Positions 1-13,008 of a stretch of DNA of 64,000 bases are shown here, one piece after another. Origin of the DNA: Xylographa opegraphella. Taxonomy: Eukaryota. The first letter of the stretch is position 1. Every line of letters begins with the position of its first letter. The stretch lies in NCBI GenBank assembly GCA_022813865.1, contig JALDZX010000038.1, positions 124,001 to 188,000 on the forward strand, written 5' to 3'. A program made the position numbers and the translations under genes. Below the pieces are notes generated by a model, which saw nothing but the letters and a program-made list of their open reading frames with translations, searched no databases and was not told where the DNA came from.

Positions 1-410
1 TGTGTCCCCGCCAGACGGCAAGACTGTGAAGAAACCCGTATTACGCCCCCCCCTGATTTTGTAAGTACGAAATCATCCACCATCCACTTTCCTCTGTCCC
101 TGCATACCTACGAAGCGGAACCCTACTTCGCGTTTTCAAGAGGGCCTAGAGGCTGGGGGTGGGGGTTGGAGGCCGTATTTTTTTCTTTGTTTTTTTGTTA
201 CGTGGTCTGGATGGATGGGAGAGATAGAGAAAAGAGAAAAAAGAGGGTTTGGGATTTTTCTTTCTTCGGGTGGAGGGAGGGGGCTTGGAATTGTAGGTTT
301 TGATGGATATGGATGGTACGCCTTTGCTGCTTCGCTGGTTCGCTGTGTGTGCCGGAGGGGAGGGGAAAGGAGGGGATATAGTTGCGGGGGTGGACTCTGC
401 TCTCTCTCTT

Positions 411-438
411 ACACATACACACACACACACACACACAC
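411..438. repeat. (AC)n microsatellite
   Basis: acacatacacacacacacacacacacac read directly, preceded by a short (CT)n tract. Confidence 0.9.
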
Positions 439-498
439 CCACGCACCAGAGAAGCCCGGCTTCAAACTCCCACCAGAGAGCACGAAAGGGCAACAAAA

Positions 499-533
499 CA
501 CAATCACAATCACAATCACAATCACAATCACAA
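499..533. repeat. (CACAAT)n hexanucleotide microsatellite
   Basis: Five full CACAAT units plus a partial unit. Confidence 0.9.
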
Positions 534-1092
534 CCACCCTACAGCAAGAAAACGCGCACCAAAAGCCAGCAGCTAAACCATACCCCATTTTCTTTCACAC
601 GCGCGCGTCTATGTACAGCTAGCTATCTAGCTAAGGTACCTAAGTAGCTGGAAGAAAGAGCCAGGGCCCAGGGGGAGAAGTTAACAGATACCAAGGTAAG
701 CAGTCGAGAAAGCCCACCGGCCCGCAAGTAGCACAGTTGCTTGAGGACGTACACATAGCATCCCCCAAAGCCGAAGGATGCATTGCAATTGTAAACGCCG
801 TCGCTTCGGGATGCGGGAGGCGACTACTACCTAATCCACGGGGAAGTGGAAATCCAGGGCACATGCGAATCCGCCAGACCAAGCCCCATCAGCGTAAGCC
901 GCGCTCAAGCGCGCGCCGGAGCTAGTCTGCGCTCAGTGAAGAGGGGGGGGGGGAAATATTTCGAGGGGTATCATCGCTCTTATTACTACCTAAGGTAGGG
1001 TGGGTGGACGGACGCCATTGCAGCAACTGGAGCTTGATACATTAAGATTCGGGGTCGCGTGCCATCGTGGAAGAACATGACGCCGACGCCGT

Positions 1093-2408
1093 TCAGGCCC
1101 ACTTGCCGAGCAAGGCCATCAGACCTAGGCGGGGAGGGGTTGTCAGCCGATGGACACCGTGTCGCGCAGTTGCAATATATTGCTTACCAGCACCCAAGCA
1201 CATCACCCCAAACGCCGACAGCACGACCCGCAGCCTCGCCCTCCGCATCACCTCGCTGAACATGAACTCGTGAGCCATCAACTCGACCAGGCCGGTGTAG
1301 ATGAGAATGCCGGCCGAGATGGAGTCGAAGACCCCATTGACGATGAGGGCCGTCTGGCTGCCAGGCGCGTAAGAGTTCCGGACCCCGAGCCCAACGGCCA
1401 AGGACAGCGGAGTGCTGACTGCGTACGCGATCCCCATCCAGTACGGGGTGTACTTCTTGTTCTTCGGCCACGGCGTCGCCGCAAGCCGCGATCCCAGGCC
1501 GAGGCCTTCAAAGGTCTGGTGGAAGACGAGCACGACGTAGAGGGTGGCGAACTCGTCCCCGGCGACGGCGAGAGTGAGGCCGACGAAGATGGAGTGGAAG
1601 ATGACGCCGAATTCGAGGATGAAGATTGCGGTCATCTGCGCCGCGAAGAGATCGGTTTGTTTGTCCTTGTTGACTTCCAGGTCGTGATCGGCGTGCTCCC
1701 GCGTATGTCCAAGGTGATCGTTGCCGGGTGTGTGTCCGCTCGCATCGGAAGTGGTCCGGCCCTGCAGCGGAAGCGTGGCAGCGGTGTTGAGAGTCTGAGC
1801 GTGAGAATGACCATCGTCCTGATGGTGGGGCTGGCCAAAAGTCGAGAATCGCATCGCCATCAATTCGGTGAAGAAGAGGATGAAGATGGTCATCAGAGCA
1901 ATGCCTTCTGCCCAATCGTACTCTGTTATCGGCCCGGTGAGGCATGGATCCGTCAGAGCATCGCATGCAGGTGCGAGTAGCTAGGGGGGGTTTAGCATCA
2001 GGGACGTCAATGGTTAAAAATTGGGCACCGATGTGATCCGGGTGTTGCCTTACATGGATGAATGCCGTCGCGATGATGACTCCAGAGCCAAAGTATTTGG
2101 CAATGAAGAATGCCCATTCTGGCACCTTCAACCCTTGATTCTTGTGCGCAAAGACCGGGAAGACGGCGCCTGTGTGTCCGTCAGCTTTGTGTTTATGGAC
2201 TGAGGGCTCTCGCCTGCCTACCGAACAAGGAGCCAACAAGGATGACGAAGATGGCCGAGATTCGGGCGCCCATTTGGCCATTGTAGTCATTATCCGCAGG
2301 GCATCCATCGCTGGACGAGGGTGACGTCGCGATCGCAGTGGCGGCAGAGCCAGCAGCAGTCGTTGCCTGCCGAACCACCATATGGGCCAATTCTTCGAAG
2401 GCCGCCAT
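1093..2408 (-). CDS. ZIP-family plasma-membrane zinc transporter (Zrt2/ZrfB-like), 4 exons
   Basis: Exons 2408-2222, 2169-2054, 1980-1188 and 1124-1093 joined by GT-AG introns; motifs AKYFGSGVIIATAFIHLL, LEFGVIFHSIFVG, FHQTFEGLGLG, a His-rich loop and C-terminal MALLGKWA. Confidence 0.93.
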
Positions 2409-4702
2409 TGCACCCCGACGACTGTTCCGCGTGAAGAGAGTTGATGACGGATCGTCCGAGATTCTGCACCTGGTTCAGGAGTGGAAAGCGTCCCAGCCAG
2501 TGGAGATGGGACAGTCAAACACAATGGATGGAGAGTGGTCCCGTGGTAGAGAGTGGTTTCGGTGGAGGAGAATTGGGAATCGTGACCGAGACAGAGTTTC
2601 CTACAAGGAGACCTTAAGCAATAAAGAACTGACTGACACGCCCTTGAAATGGTGGGTTGTGGTACCCTACCGATTAATTGCCCCAATCACTGGGCCTTCG
2701 GCACGAGCGGCGGCCCCATCATCATTGCAGCTTTGGGGCAGCCATCACGTCGGATCCGATTACCTTAATCTTACCCACTTCTGTGCCCTTTCTGCGCCCT
2801 CTGCGGTGTTATGGCCGGAAGGCTTTTTGGTGGGGTGAAAGATTATTGGTGATGGGTATGGTCCCCACGCTAAGCCGCATGCGGAGAACGTGGTGAGCAA
2901 ATATGCTGACCACGTGCAATCGAGCCTAGTGTCGAAGCAGAAGTCGATGTGCCGGTGCATTTGGCTGCCTTATCTGCTCGTCACATCGAACACAAGAGGA
3001 ACATGGCGTGCTCGAGACCTGCCTCATGCGTCGATGATCAGTCCCGACCAGGTAGTAATAATAATAGCAGAAGGTCAGGTAGGAGGCTCGGAGGAGGGAG
3101 GGTAATCGAAAACTTCAGGTACCGGTTACCACGGGATCCACCCTCCAACCTGCGGCATTGGTCATCATATCCGGAACCATAGTCGGGCCGTGACGCCCTC
3201 GGTATGAACGAAAACCGCTGCAGGGGGGCGGAGGGAGTGGTGGAGCGAGAATCGAGTGGATGTCTTTGCATTTAAGGAGTGAGAGGGTTACTTTCTCACA
3301 TGTACGGTCACGACAAGCATTTTGGAGTCACGGCCAAGGCCTGCTTACTACTGTGCACACACACTCTCTCACAACACCCACCCACACACACACATTGATC
3401 CTGACACCGGGTCCCGCCTGCCGTGCCTTGTCATCTGATCCACCCCTCGCCAAGCCTCCAGTACACAGTACCTCATTCGTAGAAGTACTGCGTAGTTCAG
3501 AGACCAGGTGTAGCTAAGAATACATAACAGGGAAGCCCCGTTCCAAGCGGCCTCACCCACGCCCCCCTTCCCTCCGATTGCCAGCCGCTGGGAAGGCTTG
3601 TCGGCGGTGTCAGATGATCGTAGCCCGTACTCCGTACCGTGATGGCCACGCCCCAAGCCAGCGGGCGAGCCAATCGAGAAGGCACCAAAGGTCTGTGCAT
3701 CTCAACTCCATGCCATTCGACTGGCTATCGCGCGCCGGCTGCAGGAGAATTGAGGGGGTGTGTGTGTGTGCATGAGAGAGCCAGTGGTGGTGGAGGAGAG
3801 AGGTGTTTTGGTACTCCGGTCGGCCAGCTGAGACTGCGGGGAAATGGTCAATTGAAACGGCCATCGTTTGGCTCGCAATTCCCCTACTGCACTCACCAAA
3901 CGCGCCTAAGCTAGATAGCTTTATCGTGTTGGTGCAAAATGCGCACAGGCAGTTCACCCGTGGCTGAGAGCTTGCGGGAAGGCGATCGTTGCCACGGTGG
4001 TGCAGCGGCAGGGAGAAGGAGCGGCCTGTTTGTGTACCACCATCCTCGACTCCGTATGGCTCGAGTGGGGGGTTCAGAAGCTATATAGTACGATGCACGG
4101 CCATGGTGTGGAAAATGGACCGATCGAGGCTGGCGAAGTTGCTGCAAGTCTTCGCTACCTGCTCTCCCGCTTGCGAGGGTTGCCCGGCTATGCATCCCGC
4201 AGGCTCAGCTGCCCGCGGATAATGTTCTGCCAGAGAGGAAAGTACTCGATAGCCAGCATTGCTCGTGCAGTGCGAGATCGCATTTCAAGGCGTCCCCTCT
4301 GCCGGGGCCGGTGCAGAATGCTGACGATCTCCATGTAGAGCCCCACTCACTCACTGTAGGCACTTCCGTGGATCCAAGGTCCGAAGTACTCACTACAAGA
4401 TCGGTGAGCACGCCAAGCATCGTTGGCGCTAGACTGCAAGCTGCAAATGGACTAAGAGTGGGGTAGCTTCCTTGGTTGGCGAGCCAAGCTCGGAAGTGGA
4501 TGTCGTCAGTCCCTGGCAAGCTCAGGAGGCTAAGCCATCGCATAAACATCCAACAGCTCCGTCCTCTTTCTCCCACCTCGACTCCTCCCTTCTTGCTTCC
4601 GTCCCCATCGAAGCAAAAGAAAATCATCACCCCTTCATCCTCACCTGCTGTATCACCTACAGCATACTCAACTACATCAAGTAGATCCTACCACCCGCCA
4701 AC

Positions 4703-5792
4703 ATGACTTCCGTCAGCCCCATCCCCACGGTGGTGCCGACCCTCCCCGAGATCCAGAAAGCCAGTGAAACTGGAACTCGTACACTATGGTAAGCTACATC
4801 GATAATACTTTTGATCTATCCTGCATCATCGTGCTGATGTCGGCCAGGGTTGTCTTCGTGATCATGGTGATCTCGTCGCTCGCCTTCTATGCCATGGCTT
4901 TCCGTGTCCCAGTGGTAAGTCTCTGAGCCCTGAGACGGCTTGCGTAAGCTCGAGCTCCGGTGTTGACAATAATACTCAGCAAAAACGTCTGTTCCACATC
5001 TTGACTGCGTTCATCACCACCTTTGCCGCCATCTCGTACTTCGCCATGGCCATGGGTGACGGCATCTCGTACTCCCACAACACCGAGACGGAGACCCACA
5101 AGCACATCCCCGATACCACCGTCGATGTCTACCGCCAGGTCTACTGGGCCCGATACGTCGACTGGAGTGTCACCACCCCACTTTTGCTCATGGATCTCGC
5201 TTTCCTTGCCGGCCTCAGCGGTGCCAACATCCTCGTGGCCGTCGTCGCTGATATTATCATGATCCTCACCGGTCTGTTCGCTGCTTTCGGATCCAACGAG
5301 AGTGCTCTGTGGGGATACTACGCCATGGCCTGCATTGCCTACCTTGTCGTCATCTACCAGCTCGCAATTCACGGCCGTGCCATGGCAATGTCCAAGGATT
5401 CCAAGACCGGCACTTTCTTCCAGGCCATCGGTGCATTCACTTTGGTCCTCTGGACTGCTTACCCAATGTAAAACGAACCCCCTTTACCTTTGCTCATTGA
5501 CGAAAGCTAAGAGTCTCCAGTGTCTGGGGTATTGCGGACGGATCCCGCAACATCAACGTCGATGCCGAGATCATCTCATACGCCGTCCTTGATGTTCTCG
5601 CCAAGCCCGTCTTCGGCTTCTGGCTCCTCTTCACTCACGATGCTATGCCAGAGACGTGAGTTCGATATCTCCATCGCTGGCTCAGAATATGATTAACATT
5701 TCAGCAGATCCGTTTCGCTTGAGGGATTCTGGGCTCACGGTCTCGGAAAGGAGGGCTCCCTCCGCGTCGGTGACGATGATGAGGGTGCATAA
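4703..5792 (+). CDS. Fungal type-1 rhodopsin (Leptosphaeria rhodopsin/NOP-1 clade), 5 exons
   Basis: Introns 4789-4847, 4915-4979, 5468-5520 and about 5656-5707; helix C ARYVDWSVTTPLLLMD; helix G LDVLAKP carrying the retinal lysine; C-terminus GFWAHGLGKEGSLRVGDDDEGA. Confidence 0.93.
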
Positions 5793-7085
5793 ACGCTTCA
5801 TCTCACTGCCGTCCCAAAGTCGATCGTCAAACTTCAGCAGAACTGGGCGGCATTACTCGTGTCGATGGAGATGAAGGGGAGTGGACAGGTGAAAATTGCG
5901 ATGCTAGGAAGTGAGGGAATGTAATGGACAAGGGCTTGCTTCCGTCTGCTTCGATTCTTGGGTGGGACGCAACATGCATGTGTGCATGGCGCTATTGCAG
6001 CCTCTTCGTGAGCCAAAATTTGTAAACTATGGTAGCTTACATGCATGAAATTTAAGCGTTCCGCTCCAGCCGACGGTGCCATTTATTGGGTGATTGGTGC
6101 ATCTGTGAACATTTGAAGTGAAGTGTGTGGTCAAAAGTTTTATGGTTAAGACATCTGTGAACATGTTCAATGTGAAGTGTGTCAAAGGATTTTATTGTTA
6201 CGACATGACTTGCTTGTTGGGTTTGGGATTGGTCTCGAAGCATCACTGTGATTGACGCCTCCAAGTCATATTCGCATCCTGACATATTACACTATTCACC
6301 ACCCATACTCCCGTCTCATCGTCACCCACCACCGCCATTCAATCACCACTCCCTCCTTCCCTTTCTCCCAGAACACCATCGTGTCAACCTCCCTCCCTCC
6401 CCCCCTCCAAACACCCTTCATCCATCAGTTATTGGCAAGAGAGTATATATCAGTTTCCTCTCCTCTCTTCATAAGACGGATGTCATTCTGGGGCTTTTAG
6501 CTTCCCGCTGGTCTGTGATGGTCGTGTGGTGTTGGATGGGAGGAGGTTGGTTGGAGGAATATGGGGTGCGGATGGGTGGTTGGGGAATGGGTCGGGCTAA
6601 GGGGGGAGGTGTGGGATGGTGTTGGGATGGTAGTGGGGAACTTTGGGGCCGGGACGGTGGGGGAGAGGAGAGGAGGGAGCGTGGTGAGACGGCGAAGAGG
6701 GATGGCTGGGTGGAGAGGGTTGGCGTTGAGGTTCGTTTGTAGGACACGAGGGTGCAAAGGCAGAACGGATACCGCTTGGGGAGAGTTGATCCTGGCAGTA
6801 GGGTTGAGGTGGGATGGATGGACGAGTCCGTTGCAGAAGGTTTTTTTTTTTTGGTGGGACTGATGGTGAAGGTAGTATTATTACCGGATGATGACGATTG
6901 GTCTCGACCGACAGCATCCCTTCTGGTGTACATCAGGTTTGTCAAAGGCCACGAGTCCAATCAGTACGTCCAGGTCCTAATGACGATACTGTCACGAAGG
7001 TGGACACATGCTTCACATCACTTCGTTCACTTGCTCGGAACGTCTGTAAAGTGCCTTGGGTTTAAGATCGAAAGCTATCCCTCGC

Positions 7086-7789
7086 TTAGAATTTCGTAAA
7101 ACCCTTGACTCCCTTGCCCTTTGTTGTGTTGATCTTGATAACATTGAAGCGAACCTGATGGAGATGAATCGTTAGCAGAGATTGGAGAAAGCCAAGATGT
7201 TCATTGTACGCATCATCCCCCGCAGGTCTTGTATACACGACCATGGTAGAACAGCAATCCGGCGCTCGGTGTAACATACCGTCTTGCTCAAAGGTCTACA
7301 TTGCCCAACCGTGACCGAATCTCCCTCCTCCACACGGAACGCTGGCGATACATGCGCGGCAAGGTTCTTGTGTCGTTTCTCGTATCTCGAATATTTGGGG
7401 ATGAAATGAAGGTATTCACGGCGAACGACGAGAGTTCGGTGCATTTTAGTGGACATGACGGTGCCGGTGAGGATACGGCCACGGATGGAGACGAGGCCCG
7501 TGAAGGGGCATTTCTTGTCTGTAGGAATGGTCTTAGTCCAATGACTTCAACAACAGCGGTTTCCAAAAGCATTCATAACTGAATGCTCTGTGAACATCGA
7601 ATCATTACCAATGTAGTTTCCCTCAATCGCAGCTTTTGGTGTTCTGAAGCCTAGTCCGATGTCCTTGAACCATCTTCGGCCACCCTTCCCTACACGCTTC
7701 GTCTTTGCATTCTTGTTCTTGTTGTTGAGGAATATATGGGGCTGCTTCTGGAACGCGCGCTCCGACTGCACGGTCAACTCGGTCGCCAT
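7086..7789 (-). CDS. RPS11: 40S ribosomal protein S11 (uS17), 3 exons
   Basis: [20 protein letters not shown]...[10 protein letters not shown]...[14 protein letters not shown]...[14 protein letters not shown]; introns 7608-7519 and 7279-7155. Confidence 0.97.
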
Positions 7790-8028
7790 GATTGTGGTTG
7801 ATTTCGCTGTTGTCGCTGTCGTCAAAACGTGCTTTAGGGATTTGTGTGGAGGGTTCGCTAAAGCTGATCTAAGCTTGTGCGCTAAGCCCTATTTCCTCTG
7901 TTTACAAACGCGATCGCCTACCACATAAGATAGCTTCCAGACGTGAGCAATCAAAGACATCACACTCTCAGAATGAAAACACTAATCTGGACCTCGCAAT
8001 AAGACTGTACGGTTTCATATCCTTCCAA

Positions 8029-11000
8029 ATGTCGACTACTCAAAGTCCAAAGGCCACTCAAGTCCGGCGCACTCGCAAGTCTATAGCCTATCTACCGTCG
8101 CCAGATGTCACTTTGGACAAGGAGAATACAGAAGATGGGGCGACAACCAACCGTGCTTCTGCGAAACCCGCCAGTCGAAAAGTACGTAGTAGGAGCCTAG
8201 GACCAGGCGGCCTCGATGCTTTGAAGCAGGATCCAGGCAATCGGCAGAAGGTATGGCAGCTAAATCGAGATATGTAGCATTGTGCAAGCGATTCCTGACT
8301 TTACGTCTAGCTTTTACCGGTCGTGAGATCCATTTTGAAGCCAACTATACCACTATCGCCTCCGAAGCAGATTCCGCCCCACCCTAATTCGCGCAAATCC
8401 AGTCCTGCGAAGTCTAGAACTGGGTTTTCCCCAAAGAAAAGCCCGCGAAAGAGCCCTCAGAAAGGAGATGTCAAGGAGACACCGCGTAGTTCGGAGGCCC
8501 TACGACAATCTGGCGTCGAGACCCTGCCCAATCCGTTCAATGAAGTGTCAAATCAAGCTACCGATAACGAGCTATCTCAGGAGACCCGTATTGCGCTACG
8601 TACTGAGGAGGAGCAGCAAGCAGCCGTGAAAGAACGAGAGCGCAAGGAGCTCATAGAGCGCCGGGATGCGAGAAGAAAGTCTCTAGGTAGGTGTGAAGCT
8701 TCCCCGATATTCCTATACGTGGCGGTTTAATATTTGAAATCTGATTTCCTGAGATAATTGATTCACTCTTTGCCAATCGGGCAACTGTATCAAATTTACT
8801 ACTAACACACATTTAGCGAATCGTCGAGTATCCTTTGCACCAGAAGCTACATTGCATACCTGGGATGTTGTTGAACTCGCCGAAGACGCCACAACGTCTT
8901 CGGAGGCCACCAACTCTACGCGACGAGCTTCCAATGGATCAACCCTTACAGCGTCGCCATTCCCTCAAACTCCGAAATCTGATACTGACGAGAACCCTTC
9001 CACACCTACAGAACAAATCGAGGAGATTCAAGTGGCTGCGTCTCCTGACGATCAGAGAAAGGCACATCAGAAGAAGCGTCGTCGCAGCTCCGGTATACCG
9101 CCCATGAATTTTAATAACCCTGACGACTTCTCCTCGAGCCCGGAAGGTTCTATCGTCAGTGAGGACTCAGAAAATCAGACTTTTACCACGGCTGATGCGG
9201 ACATTGACTCCTCCGATTCAGATGACAAAGACCTCATCGAAGGAGAGGATACTGTCACTGGCGTCGATCAAGATGATACTACAAACCACTCTGTGGCCTC
9301 TGTGCAATCGAGCGGAAACTCGAGTACCAGTTCCAGTGGACGTCTGGAGAACTCATTACGCCAGGCTGCTGCACAGGCCGGGACTCAAGGGATAGAGTAT
9401 GATGAACATGGTGATCTAAGTATGGAAATGGCTGAAGACGAAATCACCAATGCTTTCAAATATGTTGCTATACAGAAAGAAAGAGACAATGGCGCGCATC
9501 TATTGCCAGTGGGTGACCAAGAGAATATCAACCCTTTTCCACCAGCATTCAAAGCAAACCTGAAAGCTCTGGATTCAGTGCCTAACGCCGAAGAGGAAGA
9601 GCAGACCATGGACTTTACTGTTGCCGCTGGTGCAATACTCACAGGCAAACAGCCGTCGCAACCTTCACCCAAGAGAGCGCGTCGTAATTCTGTTGCAACC
9701 AATCGTCGAAGGAGCAATGTACGACGTCGGTCTTCAGGAGCTAGCTCGATATTGGCCGACGAAACTATGGATCTGACTACTGCGATCGGTGGTATCCAGC
9801 AAGTCCATCCTCCACATGAGGAGGAATCTCTAATTGAAGATGAAGATCTTACTATGGAATTTACGTCTGCGATTGGTAGCATTATGGACAGGAATATTCA
9901 AAATACGTCCCTTCAAGATGATACAGTCCGCGACGACAGACTTGCAGAGCAGCAGTTGTTGTCTGAGGAACAACGGCGTATGAGTATATCTTCGGTAATC
10001 AGTGACGAAGATATGGACATGACTACGGCAGTGGGAGGTATCCTATCCTCCATCACAGAGCGCACCGAACCTAGCGAAACCGATACACATGAGATGGACA
10101 TAACTACAGCTATTGGTGCCATTCTGCCTGATGACCTCAAAACCGATGACAAAACTGTTGCGAAGCAGCTGATGGAGCAAGAAACCGACCATGGACAGTT
10201 GACCAAATCTGCGTTCGAGAGACAAACCTCTCAAGAACTACTTATCACTACCCCAGTGCCTCAGTCAGCTGCTGCTACGCACCTGGCTACTGCGATCTCA
10301 GATACTGGCAGTCCAAGCTTGATCACTGCTAACACTCGTAGTGGTCGAAGAAGTGGTGTAACAAGAGTATCCACCACACCGAAGACAAATTCGCGTGTCT
10401 CGACCCCAGTTAAGCAACCTAGCACTCCCTCAAAGCAACTTACTCCTCAGCCACCCCGGCCCACCACCCCAGGCAAAACACCGCTATCAAAAAATGTGGC
10501 CATGCGGACGTCCTCTCCAAAAAGACTCTTTAGAGCCGAAATCAAGAAAGCGGCCGCAAGTACACCGACCTCTGTTGTGCCTGCATTGAAATTCGATGAA
10601 AATGCTACTACCGGCACCACTACCCCAAGCGTCGTACTCAAACCTCGATCTCGTCGTGTTTCTGGACTCGGGATTGACAAAGAAGGACTGGGATCCCCGC
10701 GTGTTGCTGTTTTATTGGATGGACGAGGCTCAATCGGCGAAAATGCACTCACATTCACTCCACAAGGCAAGACTGCGGCTGGCGTACGGTTTGAGGATCC
10801 TCGTGCCATGCAGGAGCAGCTCGAAAACGAGCGCATCGTGGAGCAGCGGAGGGAAAGCGGAAGAGGCATTATGCAGCAGGAGGCAGATGCTCAGAACGAG
10901 GACGAAGAGAAAGATGCCACTGCAAATCTGAGAGACATGATCGAGAGCCTGACCCCAAAGAAGAACAAGCTTAGAGGCCGCAAGAGCCTTCACGTTGGTG

Positions 11001-13008
11001 CTGCTACAGGCCTTCTCGGAAAGAGACCTGCAGAACTCGATGAAGACGAGGACGATGACCCTTCGCCAAAACGTCTGATGGGATACAACCGAAGTCCAGT
11101 CAAAAGTATCAAGTTGCCTGCTCCACCGTCCAAGTCGGAGACCACTGGCCGCCTGATGAAAGGTCCCCGTTTCAGTCTGGGTCAAGTGTCAGGCAATGCG
11201 CCGCTACAGACACCCACAGCGCAGACATCTGCCGACGAAGGCGAAAATGTAACCACGCCAAGGAACCATGGCAGGTACAAGGACACGGAACTGGTACTCA
11301 GTACTGCAAAACCACCGATTTCTTTCCACGAGAAAATCGCCGGTACTACCATTGCTGAGATTGAACCCACCAACGCAGAAGACCGTATTCAATTGCAAGA
11401 CTTTCTCAACATGACTAGTATACGCTTCATGGAACTGACCACCACTAAAAGGAGGCACACTCTTGCACCCGCTAACGGTAACGAAGATAATGATAGCACG
11501 ACCCGGATCCACGGTGATGCCAACGACGGTGAGTACAATGCTCGGGAGCTTGAGTCATGTGTAGTTGCTGGTGCTTGTACAGTACCTATGCTCGAACTTT
11601 ATCAACATGTAAGTAGATCCTATCGTTTCTTGAATGGAGACATGCTGACGTTAGGGGAAGTCTTGTCGTGAACTCAAAAAGTACATATCAGAAGGTCGCA
11701 GCATAGTTCGGGAGATTGAAGCCGATACATATGAAGAAAATCCAGCTCTTTTTCGAGAATACATTTCGGCCGCTCCGGAAATAAAATCCATCATGGATAA
11801 TCAGTTCAAGAATGTCAAGACCCATGCTAGGCTTCTGAGCAAGGCTATGTGGTATGAGTGGCGCATGAAGCTGCTTGACGGTCTCAAAGACGGCTTAGTC
11901 CGGATCAGCCAGGACCTGAATAGCGATGCAGTTCTCCTCGGCCAGCAGGAGCGATTGCTTGAAGAAGTGGTACCAACCTTGAATGATGAGCATGAGCGAT
12001 TAAGTGCAGAAGCTCAAACACTGCAAGCCCAAGCAGACGAGATGGCAGACTGTGACCAGGAAGAACTTGCCGATGCTAGAGATAATTTGGTGTATCTGGA
12101 TGAAGAGCTGGATGCCAAGCGGAGGGCAGTGACGGAACTTCAACAACAGCTAATGGAGCAGGAGAAGAGGGTCGAGGACGCCATAGAAAGAAAGCAAGAA
12201 TATCTCGGAGAGATCAGAGAAGCAGAGAGGGTTAAGGGAGAATGCCGAGGGTGGAGCAGCTCCGAAGTGGCTATGTTGAAAGGTATGTGGTGCTATGCTC
12301 AGCTTCTTGGTTGCTCCATCTAATCAATACTCAGCCAATGTCGACGCCCTCGAGCATGCTCACGGTTGGACTATTGCTTCGGTGGCAGGGTCATCCATAA
12401 CATTGACCTATCGCTCCACTCTACAGCTCTTCCTGACGCCCTCCTCTTTCTATGTCAATAAAGCTGCAGTTTCGAACATGTCCAAAGATAATTCATCGAT
12501 CAGCTTGACCTACATCGCCGACACACAACCTAACCACCCAAAACCTCTGTCCACCGAGAATCGCTTCTTCTTGCAAATCATGCGCGCTCGCCTGCAATGC
12601 CTCCGCCAGTGCGAGACGCCGATCAAAGACGTCCTTGCCTTTGTCAGCTCGACCTGGGATCATGCATGCCGCGTTTCGGATGAAGTCCGCGCATTGAACC
12701 TCACGTACATCACCACGCCCGAGATCCAGTCCGACGATATCCTTGCCGTCAAAGCAAGTATCCTTTTGAGGGAAATGAAGACGAAGGTGGGGATCGTGTT
12801 CAAGGTGGATGTTGGAGGGGAGGGTTTGGGCATAGCGGTCGACTTTACGACGCAAGCAAAGGTTGTGTATGGAGAGGACTTGCATGAGAGTAAGATGGGG
12901 GATTTCTTGCGGCAGAAGGTCGCCAGGGACGGGATGGGGTGGGTGAAGGCTTTGAGGGAGTTGGAGGCGAGGCTGGTTGCAAGGCGAAAGCGGGAGAGGG
13001 TCGAGTAG
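8029..13008 (+). CDS. SPC105: Kinetochore scaffold Spc105/Spc7/KNL1, 5 exons
   Basis: N-terminal SILK and RRVSF PP1-docking motifs; MELT-like repeats MDFT, MDLT, MEFT, MDMT, MDIT; Spc7 region LQDFLNMTSIRFMELTTTKRR...PMLELYQHSCRELKKYISEGR; coiled coil and C-terminal domain. Confidence 0.93.

Noticed and set aside
146..647. Overlapping ORFs with THTHTH, QSQSQS and CVCVCV runs
   Set aside because: They are translations of the (AC)n and (CACAAT)n microsatellites, with no domain signal
1150..1980. 276-aa plus-strand ORF
   Set aside because: Antisense shadow of the GC3-rich ZIP transporter exon
6248..7099. Several G/W-rich or P/S-rich ORFs and an ATGATGA box-C-like motif near 6888
   Set aside because: Low-complexity intergenic DNA between convergent genes; no suitably placed box D or terminal stem
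7155..7279. Possible intronic snoRNA in RPS11 intron 2
   Set aside because: Only an imperfect box C (AUGAUGC) and no CUGA box D
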